From Phycisphaerales bacterium (GTDB lineage Bacteria; Planctomycetota; Phycisphaerae; Phycisphaerales; UBA1924): DNA of 64,000 nucleotides. Position numbers and translations under genes: made by a program. Below are positions 46,363-56,093 of the stretch, one piece after another. Location: assembly GCA_965227775.1 (NCBI GenBank), contig OZ245777.1, forward strand, positions 2,176,001 through 2,240,000, written 5' to 3'. The first letter of the stretch is position 1; every line of letters begins with the position of its first letter. The notes beneath the pieces were generated by a model, which was not told the origin of the DNA, ran no database searches, and saw nothing but the letters and a program-made list of their open reading frames with translations.

Positions 46363-47730
46363 ATGAGATCCGGATCCCTTATCGCGGCCGTGCTGGCGGC
46401 GCTCGCGTGCCAGGCGCTTGCGCAGACTCAACGACCCGTGTGCGAGCCCGGGCCAACCAGCGGCCCGAGCTGCACCGGCGTGCAGACCGTCAGCTTCGTG
46501 CCCGGCGACGCGACGGCCGCGATCCAGGCCGCCCTTGACGGCGACGCGTGCACGGTCGTCATCCCCAACGTCGGCCAGCCGTGGCTGACCGGGCCGCTGT
46601 TCATCAACCGCGACGACGTGACGCTGGTCTTCGAGCCGGGCGTCGAGCTCGTCGCCAGGGTCGGCGCTTTCTCGCGGCGCGGCGACGACCTCATCCGCGT
46701 GATCCAGGCCCGCGGCGTGACGATCTGCGGATACGGGGCCACCATCCGCATGCAGAACGGCGTCGATGCCGCCTACCTCGACGGCGAATGGCGGCACGCG
46801 ATCGACCTCGTCGCCGCCCAGGACATCACCATCCAGGGCCTGACCATCACGCTCGCCGGGGGCGACGGGATCTACGTCGCCGGCAACTGGCTGCGCGCCC
46901 CCGACCACGTGCCCAGCCGCAACGTGTCCATCCGCGACTGCACGTTCGTTGACAACCGCCGCCAAGGCATCAGCGTGATCTCCGTGGATGGTCTCCTCGT
47001 CGAGAATTGCCACTTCGAGGACATCGGCGCGACCTGGGGCACCGACCCGATGTCGGGCATCGACTTCGAGCCCGACCAGGCCGACGAGTGGATCGTCGGC
47101 TGCGTGGCGCGGGACTGCACGTTCGTCAACAACCGCGGCCAGCAGTACTCGTCGGGCGTCCACATGTACCTGCGGAACCTTGGGCCCGACGCGCCCCCGG
47201 TCGATGTGCTGCTCGACCGCGTGCGCATCACCAACACCGCGACCGGCGGCACCGGCGTCGCGCTCTCGGGCTTCGGCGATGTCGGCCCGAAGACGACCAT
47301 CGAGATCCGAGACTCGGTCATCGAGCAGGTCCGCGGCATCGGCGTGTACATCTTCAGCGCCCCGTCGACGACCTCTGTCAAGCTGACGCGCACCGTGCTG
47401 CGCGACACGCACACCGACGACGCGCCCTGGGGCGGCGCGCCCATCTACATCGAGGGCCAGTCGCCGGCGTTCAGCGAGTACGGCGGCATCACCTTCGAGG
47501 ACGTCGTCATCGTCGACAACAAGCCCCGTCCGTTTATCAGGGTCTACGAGGACCGCGACCACATCCCCCTGCCGCCCACGCGGTGTAATGGGCTGGCCGG
47601 CACCATCACGATCGTCAACCCCCACCCCGAGGGTCACGCCTTCGATCTTGGTTTTGCCAACGACGTGAACGTTGACCTGGAGGTTGCCAGCTACTTCCCC
47701 GGCGACGCGTGGTTCCAGCGGGCTCGGTAG
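46363..47730 (+). CDS. Secreted right-handed beta-helix (pectin-lyase-like) protein
   Basis: Signal peptide; GGDGIYV, NRRQGISVIS, GIDFEP; SD AGGAGG. Confidence 0.85.
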   Translation: MRSGSLIAAVLAALACQALAQTQRPVCEPGPTSGPSCTGVQTVSFVPGDATAAIQAALDGDACTVVIPNVGQPWLTGPLFINRDDVTLVFEPGVELVARVGAFSRRGDDLIRVIQARGVTICGYGATIRMQNGVDAAYLDGEWRHAIDLVAAQDITIQGLTITLAGGDGIYVAGNWLRAPDHVPSRNVSIRDCTFVDNRRQGISVISVDGLLVENCHFEDIGATWGTDPMSGIDFEPDQADEWIVGCVARDCTFVNNRGQQYSSGVHMYLRNLGPDAPPVDVLLDRVRITNTATGGTGVALSGFGDVGPKTTIEIRDSVIEQVRGIGVYIFSAPSTTSVKLTRTVLRDTHTDDAPWGGAPIYIEGQSPAFSEYGGITFEDVVIVDNKPRPFIRVYEDRDHIPLPPTRCNGLAGTITIVNPHPEGHAFDLGFANDVNVDLEVASYFPGDAWFQRAR

Positions 47731-47963
47731 CGCCGCCGACGCCCGGAACCACGGCACGCGCGGACCCGGAACCAGCCTCGCGCCGCAGCATCCGCCGAGC
47801 GAGTCTTCGAGCGACAGCGCATGCGTAGGCGAGGCGGCCCCCGGCCGCCCGGGCGCAGCCCGCAAGCGAGTCCGCGAGCGCCTCAAGAACAGTCCAAATG
47901 AGCGAGCCCCGGCGCAGCCGTCTTCGGCTCCGCCGGGGCGGGAGAAGTACGAGAGACCTCGGC

Positions 47964-48620
47964 CTACGCGGCTTCGGCCGTTGCCTGCCCGTTGCCGCCC
48001 ACGCCGAAGCGCACGGCGAAGAGCGCCGGGCCGCCGGCCTGGGTCGAGCGGCGGGCCTGCACGCGGTACGTCGCCACCGCCGTGCCCGCGGGCACGGTGT
48101 CGTCGGTGAAGCGGCGCTCGCCGGCCGTCAGCAGGTAGTTGAAGTTGCCCTGCGCCTCGTCCTGGCGCCACACGTCGTAGGTCACGCCGGCGACGTTGCC
48201 AGGGTTATCGCAGCGGAAGGCCAGCTCGACCGAGCCGTCCTGCAGCAGCGTGATGTCGAAGTCGTAGGGCGTGCCCGGGGCCGGGGTGGGCTCGGGCGTC
48301 GCCGGGTCGGGCAGCAGGGCGGTGGCGTAGACCGACTCGTCGCCGGTCGCCTTGGCGTAGCCGCGGATCTTCTGCACGAGCCCGACGCCGATCTCGCGCA
48401 TGGCGTCGGTCTGGTTGCGGAAACTCTGCGAGGCCGCGAGCTTGGCGTCGTTGGCCTGCTCTGCGGTGGTCCGCGCCGAGGAAGCCGCCGCCGTTGCGGA
48501 AGCCAGCTCGTTGACGAGCTCGACCGTGAGGCCGATGGCCGCAGGGTCGGCCTGCCACGCGGCCAGGCGGTTGGTGAACCAGTCGATGGCCTCGGAACGT
48601 CCGTTGGGAATGACACTCAT
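47964..48620 (-). CDS. Hypothetical protein: N-terminal helical bundle + Pro linker + Ig/FN3-like domain
   Basis: Ala-rich helices; PDPATPEPTPAPGTP linker; beta strands VELAF/YDVWR/FTD/YRVQA; no signal peptide. Confidence 0.8.
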   Translation of the reverse strand: MSVIPNGRSEAIDWFTNRLAAWQADPAAIGLTVELVNELASATAAASSARTTAEQANDAKLAASQSFRNQTDAMREIGVGLVQKIRGYAKATGDESVYATALLPDPATPEPTPAPGTPYDFDITLLQDGSVELAFRCDNPGNVAGVTYDVWRQDEAQGNFNYLLTAGERRFTDDTVPAGTAVATYRVQARRSTQAGGPALFAVRFGVGGNGQATAEAA

Positions 48621-48907
48621 GACGCGCCCCCTTCCGCGATGCGCGCGGCCACCTTCATGGCCCCACTGGGTGCGATCGGCGAAGAAGCAAGATCGAGTCG
48701 TGCGTTCATCGTGAACCTCGGAATTCAGGATCCGTCCGTGCACGCGCCCGACAATCGGCCGCGTCCACGCGTTGCATCGCCGCATTCGCCGCCCGGCTTG
48801 ATCGCTTCGTCTTGGCGATCCAAGAACCACGGCGAAAACCACCGGAATCGGGGGGCACGCACTGTTCGCATCACCCCCGAAACCGGGGGGGCGGCCACCG
48901 TAGCCGA

Positions 48908-49117
48908 GCCATCGGTCACCAAAACCTCGCCATCGGTCACGAAATCCGCGCCAACGCTCGTCGAACGCCCATCATCGGTCGTTCAAGGCCGGCCATCGGA
49001 CGCAAACGGGTGATCGTTCATCACCGATGGCCGGCTCGTTGTCACCTCTGGCCGGCCTCCGGTCGTGTTTGGCCGGGCCTCGGTCGTGATCGAGCGGCCC
49101 GATGCGAGGTCTGGCCG
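48908..49117. repeat. Degenerate 21-nt tandem array (10 units)
   Basis: GCCATCGGTCACCAAAACCTC, GCCATCGGTCACGAAATCCGC, ... GCCTCCGGTCGTGTTTGGCCG; exact 21-nt register without indels. Confidence 0.75.
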
Positions 49118-49217
49118 CTCCTCTCTTACGTTCGATCACCCCGGCAGGCCCGTTGATGCACCAGAGGCTTGCATCGATGGGCGACTTTCGGTATCCTGCC
49201 CTTGAAAGGAGAACGAG

Positions 49218-50528
49218 ATGCCCCGGATCCGCGCCGCCGTGACCGTGTTGTCCGCTTCCATCCTGCTGCCCGCACCGGTACCGGCCCAGACCTGCGACCC
49301 CACCGAACTCTTCGCGCCCGAGGCGCGCGTAACTGCGGGTGACGGTCCTTTTTCGGTGGCGGTCGGCGATCTCGATGGCGACGGTGACGCAGACCTCGTC
49401 ACAGCCAATCGCAACGATGGCAATGTCAGTGTGTTGCTCAACACGGGAGATGGCACGTTCGCGCCCCAGGTAAACTACGGGGCAGGCAGCAACTCTATCT
49501 CAGTTGCCATCGCCGATCTCGACAACGACGGAGATACCGACCTCGCCGTTGCGAATCGCAACGACAATGACGTCAGCGTGCTGCTGAACAACGGCGACGG
49601 GACGTTCGTGCCAGCGGTCAACTATGATACTGGCTTGCAGCCCGACTCCGTCGCGATTGGTGATCTCGATGGTGACGGCTATGGCGATCTTGCGGTGGCA
49701 AACTTCGGCAGCGATAATGTCAGCGTGCTGTTCAACAACGGCGACGGCACGTATGCGCTTGACGTACTCTACGGTGCGGGAAACGGCCCCCGATCGGTCG
49801 CCATCGGCGATGTTGATGGTGACGGCGACTCCGATCTCGCGGTCGCCGAGGATCTGGATAACACCATCAGCGTCCTACGGAACAGTGGAGACGGGACGTT
49901 CCCATCGCGTGAGACCTACGACGTAGGCGTTAATCCGCGGTACGTGGCGATTGGCGACCTCGATAACGACGGCGATGTCGATGTGGCCGTAGCAAATGAC
50001 GCTGATGCCGACATCAGCGTCATCCTCAACAACGGGGACGGTACTTTCGCGCCCGAAGCTCGCTACACCGTGGGCGAAACACCTCTATCCGTCGCCATCG
50101 GTGACCTCGACGGCGACGGCAATGCCGATCTCGCCGTGGCGAATGCCGACAGCAGTAGTGTCAGCGTGCTGCTCAACAATGGCGATGGAGAGTTTGCCCT
50201 GGAAGAGCGCTTTAGCGCTGGCGACCCGGGCGACCCGGGCGACCAGCCGGTCTCCGTGGCCACCGGCGACCTCGACGGCGATGGTGACGCTGATTTGGCC
50301 ACAGCGAATGACATGGGTGACCAAGTCAGCGTGCTGCTGAACCAGTGCGGCCCCTTCGGCTGCCCGGCAGACCTCGACGGCGACGGCACGCTCACCATCT
50401 TCGACTTCCTCGAGTTCCAGAACCTCTTCAGCCTCATGGACCCCGCCGCCGACTTCGACGGCGACGGCGATTTCACCATCTTCGACTTCCTCGCCTTCCA
50501 GAACGCCTTCGACGCCGGCTGCCCTTGA
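49218..50528 (+). CDS. Secreted FG-GAP/VCBS repeat protein with GC-type dockerin tail
   Basis: Seven GDLDGDGDxDL-type repeats; C-terminal CPADLDGDGTLTIFDFL..FDAGCP. Confidence 0.92.
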   Translation: MPRIRAAVTVLSASILLPAPVPAQTCDPTELFAPEARVTAGDGPFSVAVGDLDGDGDADLVTANRNDGNVSVLLNTGDGTFAPQVNYGAGSNSISVAIADLDNDGDTDLAVANRNDNDVSVLLNNGDGTFVPAVNYDTGLQPDSVAIGDLDGDGYGDLAVANFGSDNVSVLFNNGDGTYALDVLYGAGNGPRSVAIGDVDGDGDSDLAVAEDLDNTISVLRNSGDGTFPSRETYDVGVNPRYVAIGDLDNDGDVDVAVANDADADISVILNNGDGTFAPEARYTVGETPLSVAIGDLDGDGNADLAVANADSSSVSVLLNNGDGEFALEERFSAGDPGDPGDQPVSVATGDLDGDGDADLATANDMGDQVSVLLNQCGPFGCPADLDGDGTLTIFDFLEFQNLFSLMDPAADFDGDGDFTIFDFLAFQNAFDAGCP

Positions 50529-50696
50529 CATTCGCGGGTGCGGCCATACCCGGCACGCGCCTTGCATAACACCTCCCTCGACGCGTCGCCGTGGGCCGCA
50601 CACGCTCGTAGGCGCGGGAGGCCCTTGAGGAGGGGCCACCGGTGGCCAGGCGGTTGGCCACAGACAGCCACATCGATCGAACTCGAGGGAGAAACC

Positions 50697-52067
50697 ATGC
50701 ACGCTCGTACTCGCACCGACCTGGCAACGACCATCACCACGCTCGCCCTCATCGTGGGGAGCGCAGGCGTCGCCGGTTCGGCACTGGCTCAGTCCACCGA
50801 CTGGGAGTTCATCCCAACGACCAGCCCCTACCCCCAAAACATCCCCCAGGGCAGCGACGCGCCGGCCGATGACGAGATCTGGGTCGTGGGCAACAGCAGC
50901 TTCTTCGATCCCTTCCCGCTGTTCTTCGACTTCACGTTCGCCCAGCGATTCGACGGCACGCGATGGAGCTTCGTGCCCACGCCAGATATCAACGGCTCGT
51001 CGCTCTATGGCGTGAAGAAGCTGCCCAGCGGCGACGTGCTGGCGGTCGGCTCGTACAACGCCGGTGCCGATGGGCAGACGCTTGCGCTCTTGTACGACGG
51101 CTCGTCATGGGAGCAGATCGACAGCCCGACGCGCCTGGGCGGGACCGCTTTCCTGGGCATGGGACGCGCCGGGGACGACATCTGGGCGGTTGGCGCTCAG
51201 GCGACGCAGGACCCACCGCCCTCGGCTACCGGCCAGGCGCTCGCGGCACGCTGGAATGGCTCGGGGTGGGACCGGTACCAGCCCGAGCCATTGGTAACTG
51301 GCGGCCGCGCGTACAACACGCCGCGCGACGTCGACGGTGTCAGCGCAGACGACGCGTGGGCTGTCGGCAACGCGCAGCAGACCGGCCCGGGCGGTTTCGG
51401 CCCCACCGCATACATCACACGCTGGCAGGGCGAGCGATGGGAGCTATTCGACATCGGCCTGCGCGACCTGGCGGGACTCAACGACGTGCTCGCCCTGGCG
51501 ACCGACAACGTGTGGGCTGTGGGCTCGATCACCACCGGCGATCTGGGCCGCCAGCCGCTCATCTTGCACTGGGACGGGAGCGACTGGGAGATCGTGGACA
51601 CACCCACGTTCCCCGATGGCAACGCCGACCTGCGTGCCATTGCCGCACGCTCGCCGACGGAGATCTACGCCGCCGGCACCGACGCAGACGCAGACGGCTT
51701 CCCGCGCGCCCTCATGCTGAAGTACGACGGCACGAGCTGGGAGCGCGTCGACGTGGCCACCCCTTCCGACGGCGAGCAGCAGTGGTTCCGGACAATGTCG
51801 GTGACCCCTGGCGGCGACGTGTGGGCCATCGGGCAGTACTACCGCCCCGACGAGCAGGGCATCTACGTCGACACCCAACGGCTCAGCGCGACGGCCTCGT
51901 GCCGCGCCGACCTCGACGGCGACGGCGCCCTCACCATCTTCGACTTCCTCGCGTTCCAGAACCTCTTTGACCTCATGGACCCGCTCGCCGACTTCGACGG
52001 AGACGGCGAATTCACCATCTTCGACTTCTTGGCGTTCCAGAATGCCTTCGTTGCGGGCTGCCCGTAG
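50697..52067 (+). CDS. Secreted beta-propeller protein with GC-type dockerin tail
   Basis: Signal peptide; DxWAVG and WDGSxW repeats; dockerin tail. Confidence 0.9.
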   Translation: MHARTRTDLATTITTLALIVGSAGVAGSALAQSTDWEFIPTTSPYPQNIPQGSDAPADDEIWVVGNSSFFDPFPLFFDFTFAQRFDGTRWSFVPTPDINGSSLYGVKKLPSGDVLAVGSYNAGADGQTLALLYDGSSWEQIDSPTRLGGTAFLGMGRAGDDIWAVGAQATQDPPPSATGQALAARWNGSGWDRYQPEPLVTGGRAYNTPRDVDGVSADDAWAVGNAQQTGPGGFGPTAYITRWQGERWELFDIGLRDLAGLNDVLALATDNVWAVGSITTGDLGRQPLILHWDGSDWEIVDTPTFPDGNADLRAIAARSPTEIYAAGTDADADGFPRALMLKYDGTSWERVDVATPSDGEQQWFRTMSVTPGGDVWAIGQYYRPDEQGIYVDTQRLSATASCRADLDGDGALTIFDFLAFQNLFDLMDPLADFDGDGEFTIFDFLAFQNAFVAGCP

Positions 52068-52079
52068 CGAGCGCGTTCC

Positions 52080-52874
52080 TCAGACCGCGACGGCCGCCGC
52101 CTCCACCGCGTTGATGAACAATCGCAGGCCAGGGGCGGGCTCGCCCTTGATTGTCGCGCGGTCGAGCCGCGTGTAGTGGGGGTGGCGCGTCCAGTCGAGG
52201 AAGCGGTCGGGGTGGGGCATCAAACCAAAGATGCGGCCGCTCGCGTCGCACACGCCCGCGATCGCGCCGGCCGAGCCGTTGAAGTTGTCGAGGTAGGTCA
52301 GCGGCGCGCGGCCGCTGTCGAGCAGCGCGTCGGCGGTGGCCTGCGGTGCGACGATGCGGCCCTCGCCGTGGCCAACCGGCAGCATGAACGCGCCGCTGGG
52401 GTCGTGCGCAAGGTCACGCGTCCAGACGCAGGGGCTCTCGGGGTTCACGTGCAGCCGAACCCAGCGGTCGGCGTAGCGGCCGAGTTGGTTGTCACACAGG
52501 GCGATGCCCGGTTCGTGCGGCTCATGGCTCCACTGTTCGTCGGCCCCGGGGCCCGGGAGCAGCCCGGCCTGGGTCAGTACCTGGAAGCCGTTGCAGATGC
52601 CGATCATCGGCACGCCCCGTTCGGCGGCTTGGCGGAGAGCGGGGTAGAGCTTTTCGCGGACGAGCAGAGCCAGCACACGGCCTGAGGCCACGTCGTCGCC
52701 GTAGCTGAAGCCGCCTGGGAAGCCGATGACCGAGTAGCGGTCGAGCCGGCCGGGGTCATTCGCGATGGCGCGAACGTGCAGGAGGTCGACGTCGGCCCCG
52801 GCCATGCGGAAGCCGCGCGCCATCTCCTCGTCGCAGTTGATGCCCGCTGCCCTGATGACCAACGCTCGTGCCAT
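52080..52874 (-). CDS. purQ: Phosphoribosylformylglycinamidine synthase subunit PurQ
   Basis: GINCD, PGGFSYGD, GICNGFQ, HGEG, GLMPHP. Confidence 0.93.
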   Translation of the reverse strand: MARALVIRAAGINCDEEMARGFRMAGADVDLLHVRAIANDPGRLDRYSVIGFPGGFSYGDDVASGRVLALLVREKLYPALRQAAERGVPMIGICNGFQVLTQAGLLPGPGADEQWSHEPHEPGIALCDNQLGRYADRWVRLHVNPESPCVWTRDLAHDPSGAFMLPVGHGEGRIVAPQATADALLDSGRAPLTYLDNFNGSAGAIAGVCDASGRIFGLMPHPDRFLDWTRHPHYTRLDRATIKGEPAPGLRLFINAVEAAAVAV

Positions 52875-53023
52875 GGGTGAGTGTATCGCTCGCGTCCAGG
52901 AAGGTCCGTGCCGGACGCGTCCGGGGGCCATCGGGCATATCCTTGATCCGGCGGGGCCGATGGCTGCCTCGCACTCTTCCAACCTGTCGCCAGCGCGTCG
53001 CCCGTTCGTCAGGAGGCCTTGCC

Positions 53024-54394
53024 ATGCCCGCCGTTTTCCCCTTCCGCGCCGTCCAGTTCAACCAGGGCACAGGCGACGTGAGCGCCTCCATCGCCCCGCC
53101 CTACGACGTGCTCGACGCCCGCGGTAAGGCGAAGCTGCTCGAACAAAGCCAGGCCAACATCGTCGCCATCGACCTGCCCCACACGCCGGCCAAAGAGCTG
53201 GGCCCGCCCGAGGCCTATTCCAAGGCCGCCGAGATGTACCGCGGTTGGCTCGAGGACGGCACGCTGAGCCAGACCGAGAAGCCCAGCATGTTTGCCTACC
53301 GCCAGACCTTTGACTTCATGGGCCAGCGCTACCAGCGGGCGGGCATGGCTTGCACTGTTGAGACGCGCCCTTTCGGCCCGCGCGACGGCGGCGGCATCCT
53401 GCCCCACGAGCAGACCTTCAGCGGGCCTAAGCAGGACCGCTTCGCCCTGATGGAAGCGAGCGCGACGCAGTTCAGTCCCATCTTCGGCCTGCACGCCGAC
53501 GAGGACGGCGCCGCGACCGAGCTCGTGCGGAGCGTCATGGACGGCCGCCCGGCCGACATGACCGCGGATATGGGCGACGGCGTGCTGCACGAGGTCTGGA
53601 CCATCAGCGACGACCAGACGCTCGCCGCCTACGAGAAGGCCCTGCAGGGTGAGGACGTCTTCATCGCCGACGGCCACCACCGCTACACGACCGCGATCAA
53701 CTACCTCGCCAAGCTGGAAGAGGGTGGCAAGGAGATCGGCCCCGACCACCCCGCGCGCCGCACGATGATCGTGCTCGTCGGCATGAGCGACCCCGGCCTG
53801 GCCATTGGCGCAACGCATCGCGTGCTCGGCGGCATGAAGGATTACGACTTCGGCAAGCTGACGAGCGAGCTCGACCAGTACTTCACACTCGACCGCGTCG
53901 GCAGTGATCCCGACCAGATCGAGGACCGTATGGATAAGCGGTTTACGCCTGGCAGCAACGTGCTGGGCCTCATCGACCTGGCGACCAACGAGTGCGTCGT
54001 GCTGACGCTCAAGGACGGCGACCCGCTGGCCGACAAGTTCGGCGAGAAGCCCGAAGCTTGGCGAAAGCTCGACGTCGCACTGGTGCAGCACCTGATCGTC
54101 GAGAAGGTCTGCGAGCCCAAGTTCAACGGCGGCGAGGCGGTGAAGTGGGCGTTCCCGCACACCGTGCCCGAGGTCATGGAGATCGCCAGCGGCCAGGAAA
54201 CCGGCGCCGGCGGCGGCGCCGGCTTCGCCCAGGTCGCCGTCATCGTGCGGCCTACGCCGCTGCAGGCCGTGAAGGAGATCGGGGCCGCGGGCGAGCTCAT
54301 GCCGCAAAAGTCAACCTTCTTCTATCCGAAGCTGGCGACGGGGCTGTTCGTAAACCCGTTGACGAGTGACCTGCCGGTGGGGGCGGGGGCGTAG
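53024..54394 (+). CDS. DUF1015 family protein
   Basis: APPYDV, ILPHEQT, IADGHHRY, MPQKSTFFYPKL. Confidence 0.9.
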   Translation: MPAVFPFRAVQFNQGTGDVSASIAPPYDVLDARGKAKLLEQSQANIVAIDLPHTPAKELGPPEAYSKAAEMYRGWLEDGTLSQTEKPSMFAYRQTFDFMGQRYQRAGMACTVETRPFGPRDGGGILPHEQTFSGPKQDRFALMEASATQFSPIFGLHADEDGAATELVRSVMDGRPADMTADMGDGVLHEVWTISDDQTLAAYEKALQGEDVFIADGHHRYTTAINYLAKLEEGGKEIGPDHPARRTMIVLVGMSDPGLAIGATHRVLGGMKDYDFGKLTSELDQYFTLDRVGSDPDQIEDRMDKRFTPGSNVLGLIDLATNECVVLTLKDGDPLADKFGEKPEAWRKLDVALVQHLIVEKVCEPKFNGGEAVKWAFPHTVPEVMEIASGQETGAGGGAGFAQVAVIVRPTPLQAVKEIGAAGELMPQKSTFFYPKLATGLFVNPLTSDLPVGAGA

Positions 54395-54448
54395 GAAAGC
54401 GAGCCAACGTAGCTGCGCCAAGCGATGAAACGGCCAGGCCAAAGGGGC

Positions 54449-55153
54449 TTAGCTTGCGACTCGTATCGGCGTCGAAACAAAGAATCGGTGATATGGCATC
54501 TCAGGAACTCGCCAGCACCGCTCAACTTTGAGGCCGGCTTCGCCGAATCGCGCTCGCACGAACTTAGTGGTCACGTCGGGGTAACCGATCTCCCAATAGT
54601 GACCGTCACGTTCTAGTTTCGTTTTGCGATCGTTTTCTGTAGGTCGACGCAACCGAGACCACCGCCACTCGACATCTCGAATTGTGGGTAAGTTGAGGTA
54701 GATCCGGTACCCAACGGAGCAATCGGGTAGGCTCACGACGACAGCCTTGCACGAGACTCGCGACAACTCGCGTAGAGCGGGCACGAACTGATCGAGTGGT
54801 AGGTGCTCGAGCACTTGGCAGCACATTGACACATCAACCGAGTTGCTGTCTGCAGGTAGCTTGGTTACTGAGGCGATAATGTCTGGTTCAAGTTCGGGTT
54901 GTACATCAACAGTAGTTACATCAATATTCAGAGCGCGCAGCGCTGCAGTGACCATGCCTGGTCCCGGACCAATCTCAAGCACTGACGTCGGCTCGAATTC
55001 TAGAACAGCACTCGTCTGATGCGCGTAACTGAATAGCCTGCCACCCCGGACATACCTCGGTTCGTAGTGAGATTTGCCTGGAACGAGCTTGTCGCCTTGT
55101 GCATGCAAAACGTGGTCCCTCTCACGTACGCTGCCCCGACGTTGGGGTGTCAC
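54449..55153 (-). CDS. Class I SAM-dependent methyltransferase
   Basis: VLEIGPGPG, CCQVLEHLP, HYWEIG. Confidence 0.85.
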   Translation of the reverse strand: MTPQRRGSVRERDHVLHAQGDKLVPGKSHYEPRYVRGGRLFSYAHQTSAVLEFEPTSVLEIGPGPGMVTAALRALNIDVTTVDVQPELEPDIIASVTKLPADSNSVDVSMCCQVLEHLPLDQFVPALRELSRVSCKAVVVSLPDCSVGYRIYLNLPTIRDVEWRWSRLRRPTENDRKTKLERDGHYWEIGYPDVTTKFVRARFGEAGLKVERCWRVPEMPYHRFFVSTPIRVAS

Positions 55154-56093
55154 AACTCAGATAGCCCTGCGACCACTCGCCTCGTCTTTGCCAAACGTGC
55201 GCCCATGCGGTTCTGGCATCGAGGCCGCGGCGTGCCATGGTTGCAAGGGTAAGGGCAAGCAACCTGCTAAGCGGCCACGCCTGAAGCAACATGAGTCCGA
55301 TGGGTACTTTCCAACGTGGCCAATGGCGATGAATCAAGGTGGCCTTCGCAGCAAGCAAGCGAACAAGCTTCTCAGCCCGTACAGGTTCAGAAGCACCTCC
55401 ATGGTGGACGATAGTCGCCCTGGGAGTTACCAGCGGCTTCGCACCACGCTTCTGCGCCCGAAGACACAGGTCGGCTTCTTCGCCATACATGAAAAAGTCG
55501 CGGTCAAATCCATCAAGTGCTTCCCACAAATCGCGGCGGATAAGAAAAAAGCAGCCACTGACGATGTCCACCTTTCGGACGTTGTCGCGCTTCCATCCGC
55601 CAAACGCCTCGGGGTTGAACAGCGGCCAATGACGGAAGACTCGGGCCAAGCCCGATGCTTGGCATGCCATACTCCACACAGTGGCTCGACGCCAGCAAGA
55701 TGCTGGATTCAGAGAGCCATCAGCAAACACAGTGCGACCGCCCCAAATCCCAGCGGCCGGATGCTCCATTGCAAATTCGATAAGGTGGTCAATCGCGTGG
55801 CCTAGTACCACTGTGTCTGGGTTGAGCAGCAATAGGTACTCGCCGCTCGCGTGCGATGCCGCTGCATTGTTGCCACTTGCAAAGCCGAGATTCACGGGCG
55901 ACCTGATGAGGTGCACACGCTCGCCGAATTCGCCTTCGAGTGCATCGGCAGAACCATCGGTCGATGCATTGTCGAGAACAATGACTTCGAAGTTATCACC
56001 CTCGGCCTGGGCAAAGATTGAGCGCACACAGGCGAGTGTCATCTCGCGCGTGTTGTAGCTGATGATCAAGATGGACAGCATGGGTACGTTCAT
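55122..56093 (-). CDS. Glycosyltransferase family 2
   Basis: IISYN, VLDNASTDGS, LLLNPDT, FFMYGEEADLC. Confidence 0.92.
   Translation of the reverse strand: MNVPMLSILIISYNTREMTLACVRSIFAQAEGDNFEVIVLDNASTDGSADALEGEFGERVHLIRSPVNLGFASGNNAAASHASGEYLLLLNPDTVVLGHAIDHLIEFAMEHPAAGIWGGRTVFADGSLNPASCWRRATVWSMACQASGLARVFRHWPLFNPEAFGGWKRDNVRKVDIVSGCFFLIRRDLWEALDGFDRDFFMYGEEADLCLRAQKRGAKPLVTPRATIVHHGGASEPVRAEKLVRLLAAKATLIHRHWPRWKVPIGLMLLQAWPLSRLLALTLATMARRGLDARTAWAHVWQRRGEWSQGYLSCDTPTSGQRT

Noticed and set aside
48908..49117. CRISPR array
   Set aside because: No constant repeat with unique spacers and no cas genes; it is a degenerate tandem repeat.
50361..52067. Diversity-generating retroelement TR/VR pair
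   Set aside because: Both copies are coding tails, the differences are not adenine-specific, and no reverse transcriptase is present.
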